From contig JBGTES010000002.1 of assembly GCA_041747675.1 (NCBI GenBank), positions 66,538-130,537 on the forward strand: DNA of 64,000 nucleotides, in the 5' to 3' direction. Both the position numbers and the translations under genes were made by a program. Below the pieces are notes generated by a model, which was not told where the DNA came from, searched no databases, and saw only the letters and a list, made by a program, of their open reading frames with translations. Positions 39,229 to 48,358 of this stretch are shown here, in pieces. Numbering within the stretch: position 1 is the stretch's first letter; each line of letters opens with the position of its first letter. The DNA is from Flavobacteriales bacterium. GTDB lineage: Bacteria; Bacteroidota; Bacteroidia; Flavobacteriales_F; PHOS-HE28.

Positions 39229-39987
39229 ATGGTGTTCCGGCTCACCGTGGTCCTCATGATCCTTGGGATCGTGTCGATCAAGCTCCAGGCCCAACAGAAG
39301 GTCACTGTCTACGATGCCTCGCGCTACATCCTGGTGGATGCGAAATTCCTGCGGGGCTCTTTCGGTTACTCGGCGTTCAAGATCGGCGAGGTCGATACAC
39401 TGCCGGATCGGCACGCACAGGGCATCGACGTGTACATCGAAGCACGTCTGGTCTCTGGTCTGTTGAAACGCGACGAGGGCTTCGTGATCGCCGATGCCTT
39501 CTACCTCGGCATGTCCCTGGGACGGCTCGCCAGTGCACCACTGTACTACTACACCAGCCCGGAGGGCCGATTCAGTGGCGTCACCCGCACCGGGTATTCA
39601 TTGATGGCAGGCTACAGCGCCGAGCGCTTCGGTGTGCTGGCAGGCAAGCGCTTCGATTGGTCCGGCGCCTTCGTGGGTGGCAGCGAGCTGCCTGCCTCGG
39701 ACATCTTCATAGCCACCGCGCCGTGGATGGCCCGCGTGGAACTGCGGCCGGCTTTCTCCAGGGAGTTCCGACTGATGCTCACTGGGTGGGACAATTTCAA
39801 CGATGCGAAGCGCCACAACGGTTTCCGCGTGGATGTGCCCTTCCTGCCGGAGAAGCGCTTTTTTCTGAGCTATGAGTTCACCCGCATCGGTGCGGATGTG
39901 AGCTATGCCACTTTCGACAATGGGGTTTCAGCACCAGGCGTGTTGACCCAGCATATGATCGGCATGCGCTTCGGGTCGATCTACTAG
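39229..39987 (+). CDS. Small outer-membrane beta-barrel-like protein (hypothetical; PorT/OMP_b-brl_2-like?)
   Basis: Signal peptide MVFRLTVVLMILGIVSIKLQAQQ. Alternating amphipathic strands and a C-terminal aromatic (..MRFGSIY). A decayed paralogous fragment lies at 41640-41854. Confidence 0.4.
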   Translation: MVFRLTVVLMILGIVSIKLQAQQKVTVYDASRYILVDAKFLRGSFGYSAFKIGEVDTLPDRHAQGIDVYIEARLVSGLLKRDEGFVIADAFYLGMSLGRLASAPLYYYTSPEGRFSGVTRTGYSLMAGYSAERFGVLAGKRFDWSGAFVGGSELPASDIFIATAPWMARVELRPAFSREFRLMLTGWDNFNDAKRHNGFRVDVPFLPEKRFFLSYEFTRIGADVSYATFDNGVSAPGVLTQHMIGMRFGSIY

Positions 39988-40072
39988 CAGCATTAAGTTG
40001 GATCCGCAGGAGTGAGACCCCGGCGTTGTTCAGCATCCACGTTCCAGAGATCAACACTCACAACCCGTATCC

Positions 40073-41611
40073 ATGAAACATCTTCTACTGCGTCTCTCCC
40101 TCGGCAGTGCGCTTGCGCTTCCGGCTTTCGATATCAGCGCTCAGAGCGACTACTTCAAGCGTTGGGAACTACCGCAAACCGCAGCCGTGTATAACATACA
40201 AGCCGCAGCGGACGGGGGCGCGTACCTCACCTTGGTACCGGGGATCGCCGCGCTGGCACGCGTGGACGCCACGGGTGATATGCTCTGGGTAAAGCGCCCC
40301 ACATTGGTCGCTCACGAAGGGACGAACCTGCATGTGGCGAACGGGCAACTCATCCTGGTGGGCACCATCGGTTCCCAGATCGATGGTGGCAACATGCCTG
40401 TGATCCACAAGATGACATTGGACGGGGACACGCTGTGGACCAACGGCATCAACGGCGCCATGTCGGACATTTCGTCGCTTGCCAGCGTCGTGCTTTCCGA
40501 TGGCTCCGTGGTGGTGTCGTTGACCGGGGCCACCGATCCGCTGGACCCCAACACCCAGCGCCCCTTCCTGTCCCGAACCAGTGCTTCGGGCGTTGTGCTC
40601 TGGACCATGGTGCCCGGATTCCAGAATGACGCCAATGTGAACCGGATGGCAGAGACCGCAGGTGGCGACATCTGGACCGCAGGCTACCATAATGACGTCG
40701 CGTATGGCGCGGGCCTTTTGATGCGACTATCGCCCGCTGGTGAATTACTGGAGAGCTACAGTGTTCCAAGCCAGTTCCCCAATTCAAGTGTGACGCTGTT
40801 GCATGTACAACCCCAACCCGATGGCCGCATCATACTGTGGGGCCGGGTGTCCAACGGAGCATTGGGCCAGAACAGTTGGGCCACCTTCACGATCGCTGCC
40901 AATGGCACCCCTGGCAACTGGACGTACTATGGCACCCAGGGGGCGGACAACCCCACCGGCGTGGCCTATCGTGCCGATGGGTCCGTTGTGGTGTCCGGCA
41001 ACTGCGGGCTCCAGTGGGTTCAGGCGATCATCGCCGCGGACGGGACCGTTACGGACGCGGTGTCCATCGGTAGTGTGGGCCCAAACAACATGAACATCGC
41101 CATGGCCCTGAGCGGAAATGACCACGTGCTGATGGGTGGCCACCAAGGGACCACATCCCCCCATGTGGCCTTCGCGCGTGTCACCCTCGGTTCGGGCAGC
41201 GGCTGTGTGGCTCCCTTCGAACTGACCCGCGTAGAGGGGGTGGCGGCGACGCTGGTCCCGATCACTGTGTCCACCAGCGCCTTCGGCAACAGCGAGCACC
41301 CCATCCACTTCCCCTTTCCACCCGAGCCCATGGTCGTCGAGAACCTGTGCATAGGCGCATCCATAGCCCCCATAACGGGGATGGAGGTGGCCGTATGGCC
41401 CAACCCCACCGATGGGTTGTTGAACATTGACCTGGGCAACACCTCCGGCAGCTATCAACTGATCGACCCCAGTGGCCGTACCGTGGTTGGGTCCACGAAG
41501 ATCCCAGGTGGCACGCAACACCTGGACCTGTCCGGGCTTGCTGCGGGGTTGTACGTGCTGCGGGTGTCCGCCGGGAACGGATCACGATCGATCATGGTGG
41601 TGCGGCGCTGA
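40073..41611 (+). CDS. Secreted protein with T9SS type-A C-terminal sorting domain (hypothetical)
   Basis: Signal peptide. CTD VWPNPTDGLLNIDLGNTSGSYQLIDPSGRTVVGS...LDLSGLAAGLYVLRVSAGNGSRSIMVVRR. Confidence 0.7.
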   Translation: MKHLLLRLSLGSALALPAFDISAQSDYFKRWELPQTAAVYNIQAAADGGAYLTLVPGIAALARVDATGDMLWVKRPTLVAHEGTNLHVANGQLILVGTIGSQIDGGNMPVIHKMTLDGDTLWTNGINGAMSDISSLASVVLSDGSVVVSLTGATDPLDPNTQRPFLSRTSASGVVLWTMVPGFQNDANVNRMAETAGGDIWTAGYHNDVAYGAGLLMRLSPAGELLESYSVPSQFPNSSVTLLHVQPQPDGRIILWGRVSNGALGQNSWATFTIAANGTPGNWTYYGTQGADNPTGVAYRADGSVVVSGNCGLQWVQAIIAADGTVTDAVSIGSVGPNNMNIAMALSGNDHVLMGGHQGTTSPHVAFARVTLGSGSGCVAPFELTRVEGVAATLVPITVSTSAFGNSEHPIHFPFPPEPMVVENLCIGASIAPITGMEVAVWPNPTDGLLNIDLGNTSGSYQLIDPSGRTVVGSTKIPGGTQHLDLSGLAAGLYVLRVSAGNGSRSIMVVRR

Positions 41612-41639
41612 CCGTGCGTATCGTGGCGCGGAACACGGT

Positions 41640-41854
41640 CACATCGTGCCGCTGCACGGCGAGGTGCCGAGGGTCCTACTACTGGGCGCGACCGGCCAAC
41701 ATGCCAGGGAGCCATTGTCCAGCTACAAGATCCCCGGAGGGCCGCTTCTGGGTTGTTGCTCGTACCGGCTATTCGTTCATGGCGGGCTACAGCGCAATAC
41801 GATCCGGTGCTTGCTGGCAAGAGCTTCAGCATGCGCTGCGGGTCGATCCACTAG
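41640..41854 (+). pseudogene. Degenerate fragment of a paralog of the 39229-39987 gene
   Basis: Nucleotides 41730-41822 align at about 75% to 39559-39650 (...PEGRF.G..RTGYS.MAGYSA.R.G...). The last 25 nt (CATGCGCTGCGGGTCGATCCACTAG) match the gene's 3' end (CATGCGCTTCGGGTCGATCTACTAG). About 310 nt of the interior are missing and the frame is broken. Confidence 0.5.
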
Positions 41855-42015
41855 GCGCGAGTGACCGGATCCCGGAAAGATCCACTGTCGTTCCCTTCCG
41901 ACCTTTCATCGCGTGCTAGACCATGCGGCAAGAATTATATGGACCTCGCACAAAAGTGGTATTGCGCCCCCCGGGTGGTGTCACTTCACCTTTGGGTCCA
42001 CATCAAACCCATCAC

Positions 42016-42903
42016 ATGACCAAGACCCTTACTCTCGTCCTGCTGTTCTCAACTACTCTGGCACATGCCCAGGTGACCCTCAACTACGGCGACATCAGCC
42101 CGACCGGCGTGCAGACCAACATCTATCTGCTGACATCCGGGGCTCCTCCTGCACCACCCAGCGATGGCATCGATCAGACCTGGAACCTGACCGGAGCCAC
42201 GTGGCAGCCGATCGGCACCATGCACTTCCGTCCGGCGGCAGGCACCCCCTACGCGGCCACCTATCCGGCGGCCAACTGGGCATGGGAGATCGTCCTCACG
42301 GGGATCGGGACCACGTACATGTATCTGCAGATCGACAATAGTGGCATGTACGTGGTGGCCGACAAGGTGCCCACGGATATCCAGTTGTACACCAACACCA
42401 AAAAGGTGCTTCAATTCCCGATGGCTTACGGGAATTCATTCTCGGATGATTACGTGGACAACGGAAGCCCCGATAACGTCACCTGGTCCTACACCGGGCA
42501 CGGCACCTTGCAAACCACCTTGGGCAACTATCCGGATCTCGCCAAGGTGTGGAGTGACGAAGGCGACATCCTCTTCTGGAACAAAGCCCCATTGTACCCG
42601 GTCGTTCTCGCTTCTTCTTCTGGTGTGCGTGCGTTCGTGGACGCGATGGTGGGCATCTCGGAAGTGAACAATGGCCGCACCGTGCTGGCCTACCCCAACC
42701 CCTGCACGAGCCAATTGATGGTGGACGGACTGGACGCCGCTCCATGGCGCATCACCGACATGCACGGCCGTCTCGTGCACACTGGGTCCTTCCCGGTCAC
42801 CGGGGTCCAGACCCTGGACGTGTCCATGTTGGATGCAGGCACCTATCTCTTCATGAGCGATGCCACAACGGGCACCCGGGTGGTGCGTTTCACCAAGGAG
42901 TGA
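42016..42903 (+). CDS. Secreted protein with T9SS type-A C-terminal sorting domain (hypothetical)
   Basis: ATG at 42016 (MTKTLTLVLLFSTTLAHAQ). CTD AYPNPCTSQLMVDGLDAAPWRITDMHGRLVHTGSF...LDVSMLDAGTYLFMSD...RVVRFTKE. Confidence 0.7.
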   Translation: MTKTLTLVLLFSTTLAHAQVTLNYGDISPTGVQTNIYLLTSGAPPAPPSDGIDQTWNLTGATWQPIGTMHFRPAAGTPYAATYPAANWAWEIVLTGIGTTYMYLQIDNSGMYVVADKVPTDIQLYTNTKKVLQFPMAYGNSFSDDYVDNGSPDNVTWSYTGHGTLQTTLGNYPDLAKVWSDEGDILFWNKAPLYPVVLASSSGVRAFVDAMVGISEVNNGRTVLAYPNPCTSQLMVDGLDAAPWRITDMHGRLVHTGSFPVTGVQTLDVSMLDAGTYLFMSDATTGTRVVRFTKE

Positions 42904-42962
42904 GTACGGACCATTGATATAGAATGCTGCGAGGGACGCCGATCGGGGCGTCCCTCGTGCGT

Positions 42963-43934
42963 TCAGTTCCCCTTGCGTTCCTCCCTGGCCTTCTCCTTGA
43001 AATACTTCCGGAAGAACCAGTTGCGCTGTAGTGCGCGCAGGTTCTCCTCCAGCGTGGCGCTGCTCTTTTCCAGGTTCGCCATGGTGCGGCGCACATCGCC
43101 TGCGGCGGCAGTATCATGCGCCAGGGTGTACGCCGTGCCACCAGGTGTATTGAGGCCTTTCGCGAAACGATCCACCTGGGAGGAGGCATGGGCCAGTGTA
43201 TCGGCCATGCGCTGCATCGCAGTAAGCCCATCGCGCACCTGTTGCTCCGTGGCGGGGTCGCTCACCAGCATGCCCAGCACGCCCTTGCCCGCCTTCATGT
43301 CGGCGATCATCGCGTTCGCATTGGCTGTTACGGCACGCACATGCTCCACGGAACGCTGCAGGTCCGTGATCGAACCACGCATTTCCATGGCGAACACGGA
43401 GTCGCTCAGCATGTGAATGAGACCACCCGGCTGCGTGAGGCGCTTGCTCAGTTCCTTGAGATCATCGGTGATCTCGGCCATGTTCATGTTCGTGCGGTCC
43501 AGTGTGCGCATCATCTGGTCGGTGTCCAGCGGTATGCTGCTATCCAGGACGGTACCATCCACGATGGCGTTCCCATTCCCCGTGCTTGAGGCGATGTTCA
43601 CAAGTTTGTTGCCCATAAGCCCATCGGTGCCCAGGCTGGCGATGGCGTTGTCGCGGATGTACGCCGCATCCTCCTCGCGTATCGCCATGGTCACCAGCAC
43701 GGTGGTATCGTTCATGATCCGCACCTCCTCCACCGTGCCCACGTTGATGCCGGCGTAACGCACGTTGTTGCCTGGTCTGAGACCGCCGGCATTCTGGAAG
43801 TTGGTGCTGATCTCCACTGTGCTGCGGAACAAATTGCGTTTGCTACCGAGCATGTACAGGCCCACGACCAGCAGGACGGAGCCGGCGAGGACGAAGAGAC
43901 CGAGTTTGATGTGGTCACCGGGTTTGGAAGCCAT
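42963..43934 (-). CDS. mlaD: MlaD/MCE-domain substrate-binding protein of an Mla-type ABC system
   Basis: N-terminal TM helix then the MCE domain (RSTVEISTNFQNAGGLRPGNNVRYAGINVGTVEEV), followed by an extended helical C-terminal region. Confidence 0.85.
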   Translation of the reverse strand: MASKPGDHIKLGLFVLAGSVLLVVGLYMLGSKRNLFRSTVEISTNFQNAGGLRPGNNVRYAGINVGTVEEVRIMNDTTVLVTMAIREEDAAYIRDNAIASLGTDGLMGNKLVNIASSTGNGNAIVDGTVLDSSIPLDTDQMMRTLDRTNMNMAEITDDLKELSKRLTQPGGLIHMLSDSVFAMEMRGSITDLQRSVEHVRAVTANANAMIADMKAGKGVLGMLVSDPATEQQVRDGLTAMQRMADTLAHASSQVDRFAKGLNTPGGTAYTLAHDTAAAGDVRRTMANLEKSSATLEENLRALQRNWFFRKYFKEKAREERKGN

Positions 43935-43947
43935 GGGTGTGGTGGGC

Positions 43948-44050
43948 GGTTGAGGGGTTGAGGGGTTGAGGGGTTGAAGGTGGTTGAGGGTTGGAGGTGG
44001 TTGAGGGTTGGGGGTGGTTGAGGGTTGGGTGGTTGAGGGTTGAGGGGTTG
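43948..44050. repeat. Tandem array of about 11 GGTTGAGGG-like 8-10 nt units in the mlaF-mlaD intercistronic spacer, plus an inverted partial copy at 44082-44095
   Basis: ggttgagggGttgagggGttgagggGttgaaggTggttgagggttggaggtggttgagggttgggggtggttgagggttgggtggttgagggttgagggg. Read on the minus (coding) strand it is CCCTCAACC repeats immediately 5' of the mlaD ATG. Confidence 0.85.
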
Positions 44051-44107
44051 TGTCACCTGGGAACTTTCAACTTATCACCTTCTCAACCCCTCAACTTCAA
44101 CAGGTCT

Positions 44108-44890
44108 CTACATGAAAATGAAGAATTTCTTGACGAGTTCGTCCTCCGAGGCGAGTAGGTCATCGTAGGTGCCTTCCAGATAGTTCTTCCCCTCGTGTAA
44201 CAAGGCGATCCGGTTGGCGGCCAGCTTGGCGACGTGCAGATCGTGCGAGATGATGATGGACGATGTGCCATAGGTCCGTTGCAGTTCCAGGATAAGTTCC
44301 ACGATCTCCTTGCCACTGATGGGATCGAGGCCGGTGGTGGGTTCGTCGTAGAGCACGATCTCCGGTTTCAGGATCAGGGTGCGGGCCAGGCCGATGCGCC
44401 GCTTCATGCCGCCGCTGAGTTCGCTGGGATATTTGTCGCGGGTATTCGGCAGACCTACGGCAGTAAGGACCTCCTCCACGAGCTCATCCACGTTCTGCCC
44501 ACCCTTGTCGATCCAATGTCTGCGCAGTGGGAACTCCAGGTTCTCCTTCACCGTCATGCTGTCGTAGAGCGCGCTGCTCTGGAAGAGGAAGCCGATCTTC
44601 ACGCGGATGTGATCCAGCGCGTCCTGGTCCATGGTAAGGATGTCCTCGCCCAGTACGGTGATACTGCCCGCATCGGGATCAAGCAACCGCACGATGCACT
44701 TGATCAGCACGCTCTTGCCACTGCCGCTCTTGCCCAGCACCATCAGGTTCTCCTTGCGGCGCACATCGAGGTCGAAGCCCTTCAGCACATCGAGGTCCCC
44801 GAACGACTTGGTGAGCCCGCGTATGCTGATCACCACCTCGGCATTCTCGTCCGGTGGGGCTTCGATGATATCGGGCTTTTGTTCCTCCAT
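44108..44890 (-). CDS. mlaF: ABC transporter ATP-binding protein (MlaF-like)
   Basis: Walker A GKSGSGKS, signature LSGGMKRR, Walker B LYDEPTTGLD. ATG (MEEQKPDIIE) overlaps the mlaE stop as ATGA. The track ORF is extended 47 aa upstream. Confidence 0.85.
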   Translation of the reverse strand: MEEQKPDIIEAPPDENAEVVISIRGLTKSFGDLDVLKGFDLDVRRKENLMVLGKSGSGKSVLIKCIVRLLDPDAGSITVLGEDILTMDQDALDHIRVKIGFLFQSSALYDSMTVKENLEFPLRRHWIDKGGQNVDELVEEVLTAVGLPNTRDKYPSELSGGMKRRIGLARTLILKPEIVLYDEPTTGLDPISGKEIVELILELQRTYGTSSIIISHDLHVAKLAANRIALLHEGKNYLEGTYDDLLASEDELVKKFFIFM

Positions 44891-45642
44891 CAGTTGAGTC
44901 CCATGAAATCGGTGATCTGCACAGCGATGAGGTCCAGGATGAAGATCAGCAGGGAGGCCACCACCACCGCGCTGTGTGCGGCCTGGCCCACACCTTCGGT
45001 ACCCTTCAAAGTGTTGTAGCCCTTGAAACAACCCACCACACCGATCGCCAGCCCGAAGAAGTAGCTCTTGATGAACGCGGGGATGAAATCCGAGAACGCA
45101 AGCGATTCGAAGACCTGGCGATAGAACAAGTTCCAGCTCACCGAGTCCTTGATGTTCACACCGATCCAGCTGGCCCAGATGGAGATGCCCATGGCCAGCA
45201 CCACCAGGATGGGCAGGGTGAGGATGGTGCTCCAGATGCGGGTGACCACCAGATAACGGAAAGGGTTGGTACCGCTCACCTCCATGGCGTCGATCTGTTC
45301 GGTCACCTTCATGCTGCCCAGTTCGGCACCCATGCTGCTGCCGATCTTACCCGCACAGATGAGGGCGGTGATCACCGGGGCGATCTCGCGCACCATGCTG
45401 ATGGCCACCATGGCCGGAAGCATGCTCTCCGCGCCGAAGTTGGCCAGGGTGGGCCTGCTTTGTACGGTGAGCACCAGTCCCATGATAAAAGCCGTGATCC
45501 CCACCAGGGGCAGGGAGCGGTAGCCATTCTCTGTGCATTGCCGCAATAATTCACGCCATTCAAAGCGTGGATGGAAGGCATTGGTGAAGAAACGCCCCGT
45601 AAAATGGGCGATACTCCCCACTTCATCCAGCAAGGTCTTCAT
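44890..45642 (-). CDS. mlaE: ABC transporter permease (MlaE-like)
   Basis: About 250 aa, 5-6 TM helices, typical MlaE/YrbE sequence (VTEQIDAMEVSGTNPFRYLVVTRIW). ATG at 45642. Confidence 0.85.
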   Translation of the reverse strand: MKTLLDEVGSIAHFTGRFFTNAFHPRFEWRELLRQCTENGYRSLPLVGITAFIMGLVLTVQSRPTLANFGAESMLPAMVAISMVREIAPVITALICAGKIGSSMGAELGSMKVTEQIDAMEVSGTNPFRYLVVTRIWSTILTLPILVVLAMGISIWASWIGVNIKDSVSWNLFYRQVFESLAFSDFIPAFIKSYFFGLAIGVVGCFKGYNTLKGTEGVGQAAHSAVVVASLLIFILDLIAVQITDFMGLN

Positions 45643-45880
45643 GGTCGAATGCGGCTTGGACACGTTGCTGGGTGGGAAGTTAAGTGCCGGGGCTGCCTGC
45701 GAAAATGACGGATCGCATCAACGCAAAAAGGGAGTTGGCCCAAGGACCGTGCTGCGAACCACACTTGGGACCGGTATAAGGCCCGTTCCGCCGATCACAC
45801 CATCGGCGCTAACGATACACCGGTGGCCATGCAACACATACGGCCCCTGCTACCTTCGCCCCCCTACCAACCTGCACGGC

Positions 45881-46822
45881 ATGCTGCGACTGGAGGGCAT
45901 CGAGAAACGATTCGGGACCTATACGGCCCTGGATGGCGTGAGCATGGAGGTGCAGGCAGGTCGCATCTTCGGTTTGCTGGGACCCAATGGGGCAGGCAAG
46001 ACCACGCTGATCCGCATCATCACCCGCATCACGGGCCCTGACGCCGGACGCGTGCTACTGGACGGACATGAGATGCGGCCGGAGGACGTGGCCCGCATGG
46101 GCTACCTGCCCGAGGAGCGTGGACTATACAAGAAGATGAAGGTGGGCGAGCAGGCCCTTTACCTGGCACGGCTGAAGGGCATGAGCCGGGCCGAGGCCAC
46201 CAGACGCCTCAAAGAGTGGTTCGCACGTTGGGAGATCGATGGATGGTGGAACAAGAAGGTGGAGGAGTTGAGCAAGGGCATGGCCCAGAAAGTACAATTC
46301 ATCATCACCGTACTGCACGGGCCCAGGTTGCTGATCCTGGACGAGCCCTTCAGTGGCTTCGACCCCATCAATGCGGAGCTGATCCGCACCGAGATCCTGC
46401 GTCTGCGCGATGATGGCGTGACCGTGATGCTGAGCACCCACAACATGGGCAGTGTGGAGGAATTGTGCGACGACATCGGCCTGATCGACAAGGCACGGCT
46501 GGTGCTGCATGGCCCGGTGAACGAGGTGCGCCGCCGCTATGCCACGGACACCTATCAGATCGAATTCCAAGGTACCGCGGTTGCGCTGGCGAATGCTCTT
46601 GGCTTCAGCGGGGAGCTGGTGCATACCGAAGATCGCGGTGAATGGACCCGGGCACGGGTGCGCATCACCAAAAGTGCGGACCTGAACCAGGTGCTGCGGC
46701 AGCTGCTACCGGCGGTGCGTATCCACGGCGTGCAGGAAGAGATCCCCCGCATGCACGACATCTTCATCCGCGCTGTAAGTGAACAGGAACCCACCCATGT
46801 GGTGGCGGATATGACCGAATGA
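45881..46822 (+). CDS. ABC transporter ATP-binding protein (ABC-2 / GldA-like subfamily)
   Basis: ATG verified at 45881 (MLRLEGIEKRFGTYTALDGVSMEV). Walker A GPNGAGKTT, signature LSKGMAQK, Walker B LLILDEPFSGFD. The track ORF starts 116 aa upstream in the same frame and is not credible. Confidence 0.85.
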   Translation: MLRLEGIEKRFGTYTALDGVSMEVQAGRIFGLLGPNGAGKTTLIRIITRITGPDAGRVLLDGHEMRPEDVARMGYLPEERGLYKKMKVGEQALYLARLKGMSRAEATRRLKEWFARWEIDGWWNKKVEELSKGMAQKVQFIITVLHGPRLLILDEPFSGFDPINAELIRTEILRLRDDGVTVMLSTHNMGSVEELCDDIGLIDKARLVLHGPVNEVRRRYATDTYQIEFQGTAVALANALGFSGELVHTEDRGEWTRARVRITKSADLNQVLRQLLPAVRIHGVQEEIPRMHDIFIRAVSEQEPTHVVADMTE

Positions 46823-46830
46823 GCAGGCCA

Positions 46831-46942
46831 TGTGCAAAAGTGGAAAAGTGCAAAAGTGGAATGATGCCAGGGGGCTGTTGCCCAGCAACGGTGTCTTCGA
46901 CCCTTGCACGATATCAACCTTCCACTTTTGCACCTTTCCACT
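46831..46942. repeat. Intercistronic palindromic repeat element, copy 1 (unit GTGCAAAAGTGGAAAA)
   Basis: Left arm tGTGCAAAAGTGGAAAAGTGCAAAAGTGGAA (two direct 16-nt units). Right arm TTCCACTTTTGCACCTTTCCAC is its near-perfect reverse complement. The 57-nt loop holds a small GGGC/GCCC hairpin. Sits between the ABC ATPase stop and the permease start. Confidence 0.75.
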
Positions 46943-46966
46943 CCAACACCCTTCGCGCAGCGAACA

Positions 46967-48283
46967 ATGAACAAGATCCTCCTCATCCTCCAGCGCGAGT
47001 TCATCACCCGCGTGCGCAAGCCCAGCTTCATCATCATGACATTGCTTGGGCCGCTGCTGATCGCCGGGGGTATCACGCTGATGGTATACCTGGGCATGCA
47101 GGGTCGTAGTGAGGAACACGTGCTGGTGATCGATCGCGAGCAGGTGATCGGCACCAAGCTGCGCAGCAATGACAGGGTGAAATTCTTCGTGGATCACCAG
47201 CTCTGGTCCGACAGCGCTTTTCTTGAAAGCCCCTACACGGTGCGGGTGATGCTGCTGGACAACGTGCTCAACGCGCCACAGGCCGACCTCTACTATAAGG
47301 AATTGCCAGGTGCACCCGCACAAACGGTGATCCGAAATGAGATCGAGAAGGCCCTGGAACTGGCCAAGCTCCAAAGCGAAGGCATCGATGAGGAGGCGTA
47401 CCGTCGCGTGCGCAAACCGCTCGACCTGAAACTTTTCGACATCAAAAAGGTGGGTGAGGAATCGCTTGAGCAGGAACGCGCCGGTATCGGTTTCTTCTTC
47501 GGTTACTTCATGTTCTTTTTCATTTTCCTTTACGGCATCCAGGTGATGCGTGGGGTGATGGAGGAGAAGCAGAATCGCGTGGTGGAGGTGATCATCAGCA
47601 GCGTGCGGCCCTTCCAGTTGATGATGGGCAAGATCACCGGCATCGCACTGGTAGGTCTCACCCAGTTCATCCTCTGGATCGTGGTCACCACCGCACTGGT
47701 CACCGCCGGAAGCGCCCTGCTGATGAAGGATCGTTTCGATCCCGCTGCACTGGCTGAAACACCCATGACCGCCGGCATGAAGGAGCAGTTGGACAAGCAG
47801 GCCATGGCCATGCCCGATGTGAACGACGTACAGATCCTGAAGGCCCTGGCGCAGATCAACATTCCCGTGACCCTGTTGATCTTCTTTTTCTTCTTCATCA
47901 GCGGCTACCTGCTGTACAGCTCGCTGCTGGCGGCCATCGGTAGTGCGGTGGACAGCGAGGCGGAGACCCAGCAGTTCATGTTCCCCGTCACCCTGCCCAT
48001 GATCCTGGCCATATTCGTGGCGCAGATGGCCGTCTTCAACCCGGGAGCGCCGGCCGTGATGTGGTGCAGCTTCATCCCATTCACCAGTCCCATCGTGATG
48101 ATGGTGCGCGTGGTGATGGGTAACGTGCCCCTTTGGCAGTTGCTGCTCAGCATGGGCTTGCTGGTGGCCACCTTCCTCTTCACCACCTGGCTTGCCGGCC
48201 GCATCTACCGCACCGGCATCCTCATGTATGGCAAGAAGGCGAGCTGGAAGGAGATCGGGAAGTGGCTCTTGTACAAAGGCTAG
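46967..48283 (+). CDS. ABC-2 type transporter permease
   Basis: ATG at 46967 (MNKILLILQREFITRVRKPSFIIMTLLGPLLIAGG). N-terminal TM, large extracytoplasmic loop, then 5 TM helices. Partner of the upstream ATPase. Confidence 0.75.
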   Translation: MNKILLILQREFITRVRKPSFIIMTLLGPLLIAGGITLMVYLGMQGRSEEHVLVIDREQVIGTKLRSNDRVKFFVDHQLWSDSAFLESPYTVRVMLLDNVLNAPQADLYYKELPGAPAQTVIRNEIEKALELAKLQSEGIDEEAYRRVRKPLDLKLFDIKKVGEESLEQERAGIGFFFGYFMFFFIFLYGIQVMRGVMEEKQNRVVEVIISSVRPFQLMMGKITGIALVGLTQFILWIVVTTALVTAGSALLMKDRFDPAALAETPMTAGMKEQLDKQAMAMPDVNDVQILKALAQINIPVTLLIFFFFFISGYLLYSSLLAAIGSAVDSEAETQQFMFPVTLPMILAIFVAQMAVFNPGAPAVMWCSFIPFTSPIVMMVRVVMGNVPLWQLLLSMGLLVATFLFTTWLAGRIYRTGILMYGKKASWKEIGKWLLYKG

Positions 48284-48358
48284 GAAACATGAGGGCTTGT
48301 GCTCATATGCACTTGTGCCCATCGGATCCCGACCATGTGATCAGAAGCACATGAGTAC

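Noticed and set aside
43948-44050. CRISPR array
   Set aside because: The only tandem repeats are 8-10 nt units with no spacers. No cas genes are present.
43712-44056. Proline-rich ORF (PLNPQPPNPQPP...)
   Set aside because: A translation of the GGTTGAGGG tandem array in the minus frame that runs out of frame into mlaD. Repeat artefact, not a gene.
46819-47109. Small ORFs overlapping the palindromic elements (46819..47109; 63483..63689; 63499..63699; 63615..63827)
   Set aside because: Created by the inverted-repeat sequence (KVEKCKSG... style). They overlap real gene termini and show no coding signal.
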